From the sequence record PV029745.1: a stretch of DNA of 64,000 bases; one strand, given 5' to 3'. The notes beneath the pieces were generated by a model. It was given only the letters and a program-made list of their open reading frames with translations, did no database searches and was not told the DNA's origin. Shown here in pieces: positions 18,973-28,697 of this stretch. Numbering within the stretch: the stretch's first letter is position 1; each line of letters opens with the position of its first letter. The translations under genes and the position numbers were made by a program.

Positions 18973-20280
18973 TTAGGATAATTCTTCTACGCTAGCTTTA
19001 GCTACAACCATGTAGTTAACGTTCTTAAAGTATGCGCTTGCATAAATCACGTTATCACGAATCATGCGAGACACCCCTTGTGGAACAGAGCTATAGCGAG
19101 TCATCCCTTCGGCTGCTTTCAGTAGCTTCGAGAACAACATCATCCATTCAATTGTTTCAGGCGACGATTTATTGATATCCCCAGTATCGTTAGTTACTAA
19201 CTGATAATCTTTAAATTTCTGCGAGAACTGTGTAATACCATTCCTGTTTTGAGGGTTACCCAATACGGAGAAGGCAATGGATTTGTATGTGTTCGAAGAC
19301 AGCTCGAATTTATTGTCTACGTAGGTTTGAGTATAACCTGGCCCACGTGCAGTTCGACGAATCAAAGGAAGTCGTTTACGATGGTCTACAGTAGGACTGT
19401 AGGTACCAGCTCGATAATCGGCTTGTTCGATAGAATACTGGTTCCAGAATGGAGTAAAGATGAACTCAGTTGTCATGAACAGGTCTGGAAGAATAACTTC
19501 CCAATCTGTCCGTGGGTGTGCAGAGTCAGCCAGTAGTTCCTCTACAATCTTGTCTTTGATGAGGTCAGGGTTGTTGCCAGCCTCGCCATAGACGATTGCA
19601 ATCCAATAGGCGGGGAAACGCATAGAATCATCACGGGGATTATGGTATTCAAACATGAATGCCCGTTGATGTGTATATGGATATTGTGCCCGCTTAGCCT
19701 GAACTTCTTCGATCTTCTCAACGAGATCATAATCGTCCAGTAGCTGCTTAACAATAAGCGGATCTTTAAAGAAATCGTCATACGGAATTATCGGATGTAC
19801 GATCTCGATGATGTATTCATCGTACTGAGCTGCAAAGGATTCATCTGCAAGCCAGATATTCATCTGGTTAGCTTCAGAACCAACTAATACGAATTCAACC
19901 CATTCTGGCATCCAAATGCTACCGTTAGAAATCATTTGACCACTACGGAAACTTTGGATAACTCCATTAAACTCTGCCATCACCAGTTGACGAAGTACGT
20001 TAGGATCGGAACCGATCGTACCAGAAATCGACTGTTGATAAATATATTCACCTAGCTTAAGAACCTGATCTTTGTTGTTACCAGCAACATCAACAACGTT
20101 TCCATCCTTTACGCTATGAAAAGAAATAAAAACAACGTTTGGTGCGGACGTACCGGTGTGGAAAGTCTTGTCCTTTGCATAGGTTGCGCTGTTCGACGAA
20201 AGTTCGCCGAGCTTCGCTACAGTTTCAGGTGCATTCGAAATGAGTGCAGGGAAGCTGTAAAAGCCTTTCAAATTGTACAT
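18973..20280 (-). CDS. Conserved virion structural protein (phiKZ gp157-like)
   Basis: MYNLKGF...LGELS start typical of this phiKZ family, as recalled; synteny. Confidence 0.6.
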   Translation of the reverse strand: MYNLKGFYSFPALISNAPETVAKLGELSSNSATYAKDKTFHTGTSAPNVVFISFHSVKDGNVVDVAGNNKDQVLKLGEYIYQQSISGTIGSDPNVLRQLVMAEFNGVIQSFRSGQMISNGSIWMPEWVEFVLVGSEANQMNIWLADESFAAQYDEYIIEIVHPIIPYDDFFKDPLIVKQLLDDYDLVEKIEEVQAKRAQYPYTHQRAFMFEYHNPRDDSMRFPAYWIAIVYGEAGNNPDLIKDKIVEELLADSAHPRTDWEVILPDLFMTTEFIFTPFWNQYSIEQADYRAGTYSPTVDHRKRLPLIRRTARGPGYTQTYVDNKFELSSNTYKSIAFSVLGNPQNRNGITQFSQKFKDYQLVTNDTGDINKSSPETIEWMMLFSKLLKAAEGMTRYSSVPQGVSRMIRDNVIYASAYFKNVNYMVVAKASVEELS

Positions 20281-20469
20281 GTGCTATCCTCATGAGCGAG
20301 AGATCGATGGTCTTCCATCTATAAAATCAGTCACTCCGCTTGTGCTTATTTAAAACGTCGGGTATACTAATGCTTTTAAACGGTTAGTATATTGTCTTTA
20401 ATGTCTATTGATCTCAGCCATCCACGGCTTTTATGGGTAGGCGCAATGTCTAACTGAACAGAGGAAATC

Positions 20470-20757
20470 ATGCTCAGTTTAACTGCAAAAGCCTTGCTCC
20501 TGTTGTGGCCCTTCCTGAAACGGGCGATCTTCGGTGATCGTACTGTCCGTGAAGTGATGCTGGAAAACAAGCACGTTACGTTTATGTTTGCGATGGTACT
20601 GGTCTTGGCCATGTCGCTCATGTTAACTATCGGCGAGTTGAATGATGTTAAGTCAGAGAACTGGAAGTTGAAACAACGTCCGGAATGTGTATGTGATGTA
20701 GACTCTGTCGAATCGCTTCAAGCCAGGCGAAAGCTTCTGGGTGAAATTCTGAAATAA
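20470..20757 (+). CDS. Small inner-membrane protein (i-spanin-like or holin-like)
   Basis: TM VTFMFAMVLVLAMSLMLTIG followed by a short coiled coil and CxC; RBS gagg. Confidence 0.55.
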   Translation: MLSLTAKALLLLWPFLKRAIFGDRTVREVMLENKHVTFMFAMVLVLAMSLMLTIGELNDVKSENWKLKQRPECVCDVDSVESLQARRKLLGEILK

Positions 20758-20783
20758 CCTTTAATGGGCTGTAGGTGAACCAC

Positions 20784-21194
20784 ATGTCTAAAAAATATTT
20801 ACTAGTACTTTGTTTGACTCTTTCTGGTTGCGTTATTTATGCACCGAGGTACACCACACAGACTGTGGTTCAGCAAGAGACAACTTCCAGCTGGGAATTT
20901 AGCCAGCCGCAAATTAAAACAATAACGGAAGTGAAAGAACGAGTTATACAAACACCTGTCACAGAACAAAAGCGTCCGTTAGCAAGCTGTGAACCGTTTG
21001 TACTCCCACGTGCTGCTTTACTCCCCGAGAAACCGAACGAAGAAGAATTAGCGAGTGCGCAGTCTTCAGAAGAAATCGATCGGAAACTCTCGGAGTATGT
21101 AGCCGAACTTCGTGCGTACAATGTTGCCGAACGATCCAAGATAGAGCAAGCCCACCAAAAGTGGTTGGATCACTGTCAAAGAAAACTCGACTGA
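20784..21194 (+). CDS. Lipoprotein (o-spanin-like)
   Basis: MSKKYLLVLCLTLSGC lipobox; Pro-rich CEPFVLP...PEKP; C-terminal helix with Cys. Confidence 0.6.
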   Translation: MSKKYLLVLCLTLSGCVIYAPRYTTQTVVQQETTSSWEFSQPQIKTITEVKERVIQTPVTEQKRPLASCEPFVLPRAALLPEKPNEEELASAQSSEEIDRKLSEYVAELRAYNVAERSKIEQAHQKWLDHCQRKLD

Positions 21195-21237
21195 TTTATA
21201 CTTTAGTTAAGAGTCTGTTGACAGAGGTAAAAAAACA

Positions 21238-22683
21238 ATGTGCGACGGTATAGTGCTATACACAGATGGATCATTCCGTCAAGGTCTAGCTGGTTGGGGA
21301 GTCCATGGTTACACTTACACCAATACACCGATGAAGTCTAAAGCTGCTACAAAACAGCAGCCAACTGCATCGGGTTATCAGGATGTCGGTGCCGAGGATA
21401 CTTGTACGGTTATTGAATATATCGACTCCTTCGGTAAGGTAGTCGATAATCCGACGAACAACACCGCTGAGCTTAGTGCGGCGATTAACGGCTTTAAGAT
21501 TGCAGATGCCTCTAAGGCTACTAAACTAACCATGCTTATGGATAGTGAGTATGTCAGAAAAGGTCTCGAATCTTATCTCCCAAAATGGATAAAAAACAAT
21601 TGGGTTAAGGTAGATGGTAATCCTGTAGCCAACAAAGATCTATGGATTGCTCTGAACCAGCAAAAGATGGATTGGCTTAAGAACGACCGCAAACTGGAAC
21701 TCAAATGGGTTAAAGGCCATTCGGGAGATATAGGCAACGAGAAGGCTGACGTCAATGCGCTACGCGGAGGCGGTGCTTCGGTTACACCTAAAACAGTTAA
21801 GGTTGAAGGCGATGCCATCAACAAGCTGAAAAAAGTTCAGATGAATCCACTGATCCTGGAATCCCGTCTGCTCTTTGGAATTAATAGTGGGAAACCCTCG
21901 GATGGGACCTACTACATGTACAACCTCGGAAGTATGCATAATGCGGGCCATCGTCCTAGGGATACTGCCAAAGATAAATTGGCCAAAGCAGATTTGCTAC
22001 TTGGGAGAAGGATTTCCGAAGCAACCTTTGGAGTCTATAAATCTCGGGAACCTGACGAGTATTTAGAGAATCTAATTGAGCTACATACGAAAGCATTTGG
22101 GACTGACCTCCCAGAACTCGGTATTCTCAATCTGGGTAATGCTTGTGGAGCAAAGCAACGCCAGCAAATCGAATCACTTGGGCTTGATGCTCTTGTACGT
22201 TTTGATGACATCTTTGTTCTTGCAACTCCAGATATGGGTCTCATTAGTAGGACTCTCAACCCACCACGTATGGCTAACGATGCGGTAAGCATGTTTAACG
22301 TGCTGGAACGTCGTTTGGCGGAATACACGGCGGGAACGATAGGAGAGTCGGTTTATAAAATCGACATTACCGATCACCTGTATGAAACTGTACAGAGCGG
22401 TAAGAAGACGGTAACCCAACTTAAGAAGTCTATCACTCAAAATACACCATATCTCGATATTCCTATCGATTATAAAGGACAGAAGGTATCACTCCGATTG
22501 GCATTGACAATCGATATTCCTTCTCGTAACCAACTCGCTCGAATCAGCTGCGAGGGTGTTAAAGTGGAAGTACTGATTGTAGCTACGGGTCCGTTAGCCT
22601 ATTCATACTCGACTGTGTTTGTAACTGATGATGGTTCTGCCATCTATGAAGCACCGTACACACAGTTCATTTTGAAAAAATAG
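21238..22683 (+). CDS. rnhA: Ribonuclease HI with a long C-terminal extension (phiKZ gp155-like)
   Basis: YTDGS, NNTAEL, MDSEYV, WVKGHSGDIGNEKAD catalytic motifs. Confidence 0.92.
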   Translation: MCDGIVLYTDGSFRQGLAGWGVHGYTYTNTPMKSKAATKQQPTASGYQDVGAEDTCTVIEYIDSFGKVVDNPTNNTAELSAAINGFKIADASKATKLTMLMDSEYVRKGLESYLPKWIKNNWVKVDGNPVANKDLWIALNQQKMDWLKNDRKLELKWVKGHSGDIGNEKADVNALRGGGASVTPKTVKVEGDAINKLKKVQMNPLILESRLLFGINSGKPSDGTYYMYNLGSMHNAGHRPRDTAKDKLAKADLLLGRRISEATFGVYKSREPDEYLENLIELHTKAFGTDLPELGILNLGNACGAKQRQQIESLGLDALVRFDDIFVLATPDMGLISRTLNPPRMANDAVSMFNVLERRLAEYTAGTIGESVYKIDITDHLYETVQSGKKTVTQLKKSITQNTPYLDIPIDYKGQKVSLRLALTIDIPSRNQLARISCEGVKVEVLIVATGPLAYSYSTVFVTDDGSAIYEAPYTQFILKK

Positions 22684-22693
22684 TGGGTAACTC

Positions 22694-23104
22694 ATGAGCC
22701 TTATTAGCAGATTCTTGAGGCTGGATGAAAATCCATTCAGGACATTCTGGGTTTTCATCTGGAATCATCTGGATAACGGCTTCAAACGGATGTGCGTAAT
22801 GGCGTCATTGCATGCCGCACTGGTGCAGTGTCGCGATCACGAATGCGAGCGGATATCTTCGCTTAATTCAGTGATGCGTCTCGTGAGGGATGAAAGCGCC
22901 TTACGCTTACCAACGTTATTTGGACCTTACGTTTGGAAAGGTATCCTCCCTATCGAGAAGGTTGATCTTGAATCTGACAAGTACTTCGAAAGGATCGCTC
23001 GAAAGACTCCCTGCTGGCTTCTATATACAGACAAGGAAACTTTCGTTAAAGAACTTAAGCAATTAGTACACCATTGCATGAAGGAACGTCAGGCGACAGC
23101 TTAA
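22694..23104 (+). CDS. Conserved hypothetical protein (136 aa)
   Basis: Co-transcribed with RNase H and closed by a hairpin. Confidence 0.75.
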   Translation: MSLISRFLRLDENPFRTFWVFIWNHLDNGFKRMCVMASLHAALVQCRDHECERISSLNSVMRLVRDESALRLPTLFGPYVWKGILPIEKVDLESDKYFERIARKTPCWLLYTDKETFVKELKQLVHHCMKERQATA

Positions 23105-23107
23105 CGG

Positions 23108-23139
23108 CATAAAGCCCCACCATTAGGTGGGGCAATATG
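23108..23139. terminator. Bidirectional hairpin terminator, CATA..TATG family
   Basis: cataaa-gccccacc-atta-ggtggggc-aatatg. Confidence 0.85.
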
Positions 23140-23144
23140 TTGTC

Positions 23145-24113
23145 TTACAGAGAACGAAGATGTTTCTCTGTTTCAGCTAAGACATTATTGGTTTCAATAA
23201 TTCGTGTCATTTGAATGGAGAACCACTCTACCCACTTAGCTACTTGGGTTAGTTCCTCAGACATCATCTTAGCGAACTCGCTGGATGTTTTGATATCGCC
23301 TTCTTTACCGATCCGTTCCATCAAAGCAGTTACGGTTTGGCTTAATGCTTCTACTGCACTCTTAACGGTAGAGGTTTCACCACCTTTAAGAATGGTATTA
23401 ATCTCGAACATATGTTGTTCAGATTCATAGAAGTCATTCATCGAACTGTAAATCTTACCAAATGCAACAGTTGACTGGCGGTTATTAGCAAAGAACTGAG
23501 CGTCTTCTTTAATAAGCTGGTCAATCGATTTATCAATATCGATACCGTATTGGAAGTCTCGACGTTCTGCACGATCTTCAGGAGTAGTCAGATAATGACC
23601 AAAACGAGATGTCGCGGGTCGAATAACCTTCTCTACTACTTGCGCCATTACCTGTGCACGCGATACCAGACCAGCGGTATATGGAAGCATTTCGCCTTTA
23701 AAGCCAGCTGGTTGCGGAACAATCTCTTTCTCAACTTCGAAATAATCCAGAGTAGCCACAAAGCCTTTCATGGATAGAGGATTAAGAGGTAGAAGCGGAT
23801 CATAGTTCCACGTAGTCAGATAACGGAAACCGTCTTTAATATGAACTCCCATATTGGATACTTTACGGGCAAACCAATTAGAAACATTACCAATGAAACC
23901 AGCTTCAGTGGAAATTGTACCCAGAGCATCGAATAGTTTGTCTGTAGGAGTTTGATCTACAGGAAGAACTTCTGTTTCAGGGGTTTGCTCTGCTGCTTGA
24001 GGATCACCCTCAGTGAAGAACTTATTCTGAGAACTATCAAAGATAACGTCATCAGTCTGGACGTTTTCATTGGAGACCTTCTCAGTGTATTTATTAAGAA
24101 CATTTTTAATCAT
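23145..24113 (-). CDS. Probable processed head protein (phiKZ gp153-like); start moved to MIKNVL
   Basis: Acidic N-terminal propeptide ending ISTE-AG, then a helical body; RBS agga; synteny beside UvsX. Confidence 0.6.
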   Translation of the reverse strand: MIKNVLNKYTEKVSNENVQTDDVIFDSSQNKFFTEGDPQAAEQTPETEVLPVDQTPTDKLFDALGTISTEAGFIGNVSNWFARKVSNMGVHIKDGFRYLTTWNYDPLLPLNPLSMKGFVATLDYFEVEKEIVPQPAGFKGEMLPYTAGLVSRAQVMAQVVEKVIRPATSRFGHYLTTPEDRAERRDFQYGIDIDKSIDQLIKEDAQFFANNRQSTVAFGKIYSSMNDFYESEQHMFEINTILKGGETSTVKSAVEALSQTVTALMERIGKEGDIKTSSEFAKMMSEELTQVAKWVEWFSIQMTRIIETNNVLAETEKHLRSL

Positions 24114-24211
24114 GGTTGTTTTCCTATGGCACAAGAGTTGCGAATTCTCTAAACATAAAATTACTCTCAATATCAATAAAGTGATTGGCTAATCACTAAA
24201 AGGTAATATCA

Positions 24212-25651
24212 ATGTTCGCTAAACACTTCCAACGTCCGGCCTTCCGCCCGGCGGTTAATATCGGCTGCCTGATGGATGTATCCACTGGTAAATATGAACA
24301 AGGTAAACACGGCGAGATGATCTGTAACGGTGGTCTCGGTCCGATGACCGGTATCGCATCTCGACCTAACAACTTTAAAACTGCACTCGCTGTGTATATG
24401 CTAGCGATGGTTCGTCGAGCTATGCCGGGTTCCCATGGCATGATCTATGATACCGAGGGTACCTTGAACCCGGTTGCACGTTTCAGTAGTCTTGCAGCTC
24501 AATTCAGTGATCTGCAAAAGATCGATTGGGAACATGATGAACAATTCATGTTCACTGACCTTTCTCGATATACCGGCGATGAGTTCTTTAAACTCTTCCG
24601 TACAGCACTTGGTGAGAAAGAGAAAGCAGAAAAAGAATATCAGCGCACTACTCCGTTCCTTGATGTTGAAGGTAACAACAAGAAATGCATGTACCCGACA
24701 ACTGGCCTGATCGATAGTTTCTCGAAGTTTATCGTTACTGCCGTATCGGATATGTACGAGAAGAATGCTATCGGTGCATCTGGTAACAACACCGATGCCA
24801 TGACTAATGGTAAGGCTAAGAACCAGCTGTTCAACCAATTGCCTCAGGTATGTGCTAAGACCGGTACTTATATCGTACTGACTGCGCACACTGGTGACAT
24901 CATCCAAATGGAGATGTACCCGACTGATAAACGTAATCTTTCCCACATGAAGAAGGATACGGTTCTTAAAGGCGTTAGTTCTGGCTTCTATTCGCTGCCT
25001 AACAACGTATTCTCTATCGAGTCTAACAAACCTCTTGTTAACAAAGAGAAGATGCCTCTGTATCCGATCGATAACTCGACCGCAATGGAAGGGGATACCG
25101 ATCTTAAGATTCTGGAGGTAATGAACCTTCGTGGTAAAGGTGGTATTACTGGCCTTCCTTTCCATATCGTAGTTTCTCAGACTGAAGGTGTACTTCCTTC
25201 GCTCACTGAGTTCCATTACTGCAAAGAAAATGGTTGGGGTATTGGTGGTAACCTTCTGAACTACTACATTGAACTTTGCCCAGATATCAAGCTTAGTCGT
25301 ACCACTGTACGTAAGAAGCTTATGGAAAACGAATCCCTTCGTCGGGCTGTTGAAATTCAATCTGAGATGCTTCAGTTGATCCAGTTCCAGCGTTGGACGG
25401 CTGAAGATGTATGTGATCCAAAGACACTGTACGAAGATCTGAAAGCGATGGGTTATGATTGGGATATGATCCTGAATACGACTCGTGGCTATTGGATGTG
25501 TGAAGAAGACGAAGCTCTCACCGATAAGAAATTCCTTTCGACCTACGATCTTCTTCGTATGCGTACCGGTGACTATAAACCTTACTGGATGACTGATGAT
25601 GAACGTGCTAAGATTATTCCGTTGGATCTGGCCAAAGCGAAAGCTGCCTAA
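24212..25651 (+). CDS. uvsX: UvsX/RecA-like recombinase (phiKZ gp152-like)
   Basis: Divergent P-loop GIASRPNNFKT, YDTEG, Walker B LIDSFS, LTAH; synteny. Confidence 0.85.
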   Translation: MFAKHFQRPAFRPAVNIGCLMDVSTGKYEQGKHGEMICNGGLGPMTGIASRPNNFKTALAVYMLAMVRRAMPGSHGMIYDTEGTLNPVARFSSLAAQFSDLQKIDWEHDEQFMFTDLSRYTGDEFFKLFRTALGEKEKAEKEYQRTTPFLDVEGNNKKCMYPTTGLIDSFSKFIVTAVSDMYEKNAIGASGNNTDAMTNGKAKNQLFNQLPQVCAKTGTYIVLTAHTGDIIQMEMYPTDKRNLSHMKKDTVLKGVSSGFYSLPNNVFSIESNKPLVNKEKMPLYPIDNSTAMEGDTDLKILEVMNLRGKGGITGLPFHIVVSQTEGVLPSLTEFHYCKENGWGIGGNLLNYYIELCPDIKLSRTTVRKKLMENESLRRAVEIQSEMLQLIQFQRWTAEDVCDPKTLYEDLKAMGYDWDMILNTTRGYWMCEEDEALTDKKFLSTYDLLRMRTGDYKPYWMTDDERAKIIPLDLAKAKAA

Positions 25652-25661
25652 AGAAGGAGTT

Positions 25662-25988
25662 GTGATCGTTGAACCTATCCCCGCCGAGCGCGGGGATTTG
25701 GGTAAATGCGAACAGATCTCTTTGGCACGCGAAGCCGTTGAAATGGGCAGTGAAAAATATAGATCCACTTTATCTGACCCAGCAAAAGAATGGTACGAGC
25801 GCTATAGAGCAAACGAATCAAAACAGGTTCAACCTTTAAGGATCCCAGAAGGCCGTGGTTACGCTTCTGGTAGAGGAGCCGAGGATATGGACCTGTCCAA
25901 CACAATCTTCGCTGTAGGAGCTGCTGTGGCCCTTTCTAGCGATACTACCGATAGTGGTTCAAGTAGCGATAGCAGTTGTTGTGATTAA
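25662..25988 (+). CDS. Hypothetical protein with a Ser/Asp-rich tail; probable GTG start
   Basis: aaggag RBS just after the UvsX stop; ends SSDTTDSGSSSDSSCCD. Start position is uncertain. Confidence 0.6.
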   Translation: MIVEPIPAERGDLGKCEQISLAREAVEMGSEKYRSTLSDPAKEWYERYRANESKQVQPLRIPEGRGYASGRGAEDMDLSNTIFAVGAAVALSSDTTDSGSSSDSSCCD

Positions 25989-25991
25989 TAT

Positions 25992-26020
25992 CATAGACGG
26001 GAGCATTAGCTCCCTCTATG
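25992..26020. terminator. Hairpin terminator, CATA..TATG family
   Basis: cataga-c-gggagc-atta-gctccc-tctatg. Confidence 0.75.
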
Positions 26021-26036
26021 TCAAGTAGGTATTCCA

Positions 26037-26384
26037 ATGAACGTCTATACTTATCAAATCGCTAAATGGCGAAAGGTTAGACAGAAACATATCTTTCCTT
26101 TGGATACAACTATAAAAAGTGGTGAGGAATTACTTGCCCCTACCTGGAATATGGTAATGGGACATAAAGCCGGCGCCATTACAGATGAGCAATATGAGGA
26201 TGCGTATATGGACATCCTCTCTGAACGATACGCTGCATTCCCAGATTACTTCGAATGGCTGACTGAGTTGGACAAGGTTGCACTAGGATGTTACTGTCCA
26301 GCTGGTAAGTTTTGCCATCGACACATTCTCGTTAAATTTTTAAAAGAAATAACTGAGGTAAACTACCTAGGCGAAATAGAGTAG
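26037..26384 (+). CDS. DUF488-like protein
   Basis: LAPTW motif and ALGCYC...CHRHIL motif. Confidence 0.65.
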   Translation: MNVYTYQIAKWRKVRQKHIFPLDTTIKSGEELLAPTWNMVMGHKAGAITDEQYEDAYMDILSERYAAFPDYFEWLTELDKVALGCYCPAGKFCHRHILVKFLKEITEVNYLGEIE

Positions 26385-26406
26385 TTACCCGATCAGGAAA
26401 CAAATT

Positions 26407-26727
26407 ATGTCTAATACCATCGATTATCGCGCTGTTATTTTTCAGCGTACCCGTGCTCTTGATGTAGAGGTTGCTGAAGATCTGTATAGACGCATGCCCG
26501 AAATCAAGGATCTTGCAACTCTTAATCAATTCTTCCATCTGTTGTTGGCTCAATACAAAATCAACACCCTGGAATTACGTTGTACCCTAAATGAAGTGAA
26601 TGATTTTGAAGCATGGTGGCGTAACTTCGCTGCTAATTTCATTCCGCTGTTCCGTAAAAAGCGGTTACCTCCATGTACAGACGCTGCTGCACAGCCAATG
26701 TATCACTGCGAGTCTAAATCAATCTGA
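26407..26727 (+). CDS. Conserved hypothetical protein (106 aa)
   Basis: RBS agga; in an operon with the vRNAP subunit. Confidence 0.75.
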   Translation: MSNTIDYRAVIFQRTRALDVEVAEDLYRRMPEIKDLATLNQFFHLLLAQYKINTLELRCTLNEVNDFEAWWRNFAANFIPLFRKKRLPPCTDAAAQPMYHCESKSI

Positions 26728-26762
26728 GTAATCGTATGCTCATTTGATTTGTAGAGGTAACT

Positions 26763-27437
26763 ATGAAACCCGATCGTAAAGTCCTTGAAAAAGAAATTCT
26801 ATACTTCATCGACATGTTCCGACCAGGAAGCGAGAACGTTAAAATCTATCAAGAACTTTTTGACCGTTATTCTGACGAAGAGTTTTTTGAATGGATGGAA
26901 CGTCTAGAGGCAGGTGAAGTGCTGGCTCTCTACGCTCCTAACTTAGAAGAACCAACTCTAAGTATCGCTCAGAATTATAAAGTAGCTGATGCTCTTGGTT
27001 TTGAACTATTCCAACACCTTATCTTAACTGATCCGGGTACTGGTCAAGTTTATAAGACTCAGAATAAACACCTAGTTGGTATGGTTCCGCTTCGTCGGCA
27101 GGTTCAGATGCTAGCTAAGAAAGCTTCTATCCCAGGTTCTAATACTGTTGTTGACGAGCGTTCTGGACAGGCAACTGGTGATAGTAAAGGTGCACGTCTA
27201 TCTGCCCCTGAGATTCAGGTTAACGCCTCTAAAGGTCTTAACAACATGGTTCTCGAACTGATTAAGTTTCGTGGTGGTGATGAAAAGGCATATAACGCTA
27301 TGAATCGATCCATCATTGAAACAGGTGAAGCTTCTCTCGATTCCATTATGGCCGAGACGCCTTCTCAAGTTAAATCTAACAAAACCATGTCCGTCTATTT
27401 GAAGGCCATGCATTTACAGAATAACCTAGTGGGGTAA
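26763..27437 (+). CDS. Virion RNA polymerase beta C-terminal subunit (phiKZ gp149-like)
   Basis: QHLILTDPGTGQVY...RRQVQML...GDSKGARLSAPEIQV...ELIKFRGGD parallels the beta C-terminal GGQRFGEME/ELLTIKSDD region. Confidence 0.85.
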   Translation: MKPDRKVLEKEILYFIDMFRPGSENVKIYQELFDRYSDEEFFEWMERLEAGEVLALYAPNLEEPTLSIAQNYKVADALGFELFQHLILTDPGTGQVYKTQNKHLVGMVPLRRQVQMLAKKASIPGSNTVVDERSGQATGDSKGARLSAPEIQVNASKGLNNMVLELIKFRGGDEKAYNAMNRSIIETGEASLDSIMAETPSQVKSNKTMSVYLKAMHLQNNLVG

Positions 27438-27439
27438 TC

Positions 27440-27916
27440 ATGGCTATTAAGAATGCGGAAGAAGGTATTAGCGAAGTATTGCAGAATGCATTAGGTGTTG
27501 CAATTAGTGAATTGGTATCTGTTGATGATGATCTCGTTATTGCTCAAATTCTAGAGCATATTAACGAACTTAGAAACAATATGATGATTTCTAGTTTTAA
27601 TGATAGGGTTATCATTAATCAGATTTGGTCAGGTATCCGTTCTAAGCAGGATGTATTGGGTGCTCTTCTGTCTACCACCACTACATTCACTTTAGAAATT
27701 GAAAACATTGATGTAGCAATTGAGTATCTCACTAGACGCTTGGTTCCATTCACACCTGATTCGGCAATGGTAGATAGGGAGTTACTGGGTAAAGCAGCTA
27801 ATGTAGATGAACTCTATGGTACGCTACAGCAAAATCACTGGTTGTTCTTCCTTGTATATGCATCTACGCAACTTCGCCATGTAAATAACATTATTGCACA
27901 GGCGAAAATGAAATGA
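27440..27916 (+). CDS. Conserved hypothetical protein (phiKZ gp148-like)
   Basis: Tight operon packing; synteny. Confidence 0.65.
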   Translation: MAIKNAEEGISEVLQNALGVAISELVSVDDDLVIAQILEHINELRNNMMISSFNDRVIINQIWSGIRSKQDVLGALLSTTTTFTLEIENIDVAIEYLTRRLVPFTPDSAMVDRELLGKAANVDELYGTLQQNHWLFFLVYASTQLRHVNNIIAQAKMK

Positions 27917-28674
27917 TCAAACGTATTCTGATACCTCTTGATGTATTACTTGACACCCGTCTTGGAGTCATGTCTACAATTAACAAGGAGGCAGCAGAAC
28001 GGTTGGTTTCCACTAAGGAATATTGGCTTCGTGAAAATGATGACTGGACCACTCTAACAGGTGGTCTTGTTACAACGGAGCAATTCAAAGAAGCGTATGC
28101 TAATAGAGGCGGAGATAATTCCGCTGATACTATCAACGCTTCTATCCTAACAGGTATCAGTCCGTTCTTGATGCGAATTCTCGCGGAAGATCATGTAAAC
28201 AGAATGGATAACATGGGTAATCCTGAAGACGAGATTGGTCTTACGATCAACATCTGGCCTTACACGTTACCTGGTGAAGTTATCGATGATCTTGAAAATA
28301 TCATCCAAGAAATATACGGCGAAGAAATGCCCGTGGAAGTAGTTAGTCATCCATTAGAAGAGCTCACACCTAAATTCTTGGATGCTCTCTATGCGATGTA
28401 TATCACTTACGATTTCCATGAATGGATGCACACTCATTATCTTGCTTTGTCTAAAGTTCAAATGCCATGCTTCAATTTTATTGGACCTAAACTCTTCGAA
28501 CGTGACGTTAGTAAACTCACTATCGAGGAGAAGAAGTTTGAACTATTTAAGTTCAGGGTCGAGCGGCTGATTCACATGGACTTTGAATTTATAGATGCTA
28601 AATATTTCTCCATGATTCGTCCCGGAGATAACGGTATCGAAGTTGATAAAGACGACATAAAAGCCCAGGGTTAA
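27913..28674 (+). CDS. Conserved hypothetical protein with a HAD-like N-terminal motif (phiKZ gp147-like)
   Basis: ILIPLDVLLDTRLG; ATGA overlap with the upstream gene. Confidence 0.6.
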   Translation: MIKRILIPLDVLLDTRLGVMSTINKEAAERLVSTKEYWLRENDDWTTLTGGLVTTEQFKEAYANRGGDNSADTINASILTGISPFLMRILAEDHVNRMDNMGNPEDEIGLTINIWPYTLPGEVIDDLENIIQEIYGEEMPVEVVSHPLEELTPKFLDALYAMYITYDFHEWMHTHYLALSKVQMPCFNFIGPKLFERDVSKLTIEEKKFELFKFRVERLIHMDFEFIDAKYFSMIRPGDNGIEVDKDDIKAQG

Positions 28675-28688
28675 CCCTGGGCTTTATG
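28656..28688. terminator. Bidirectional hairpin terminator, CATA..TATG family
   Basis: cataaaa-gcccaggg-ttaa-ccctgggc-tttatg; contains the TAA stop of the + strand gene. Confidence 0.85.
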
Positions 28689-28697
28689 CCGCTATTA

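Noticed and set aside
24401-25768. 455-aa antisense ORF over UvsX
   Set aside because: Same shadow effect; the + strand gene has clear family motifs.
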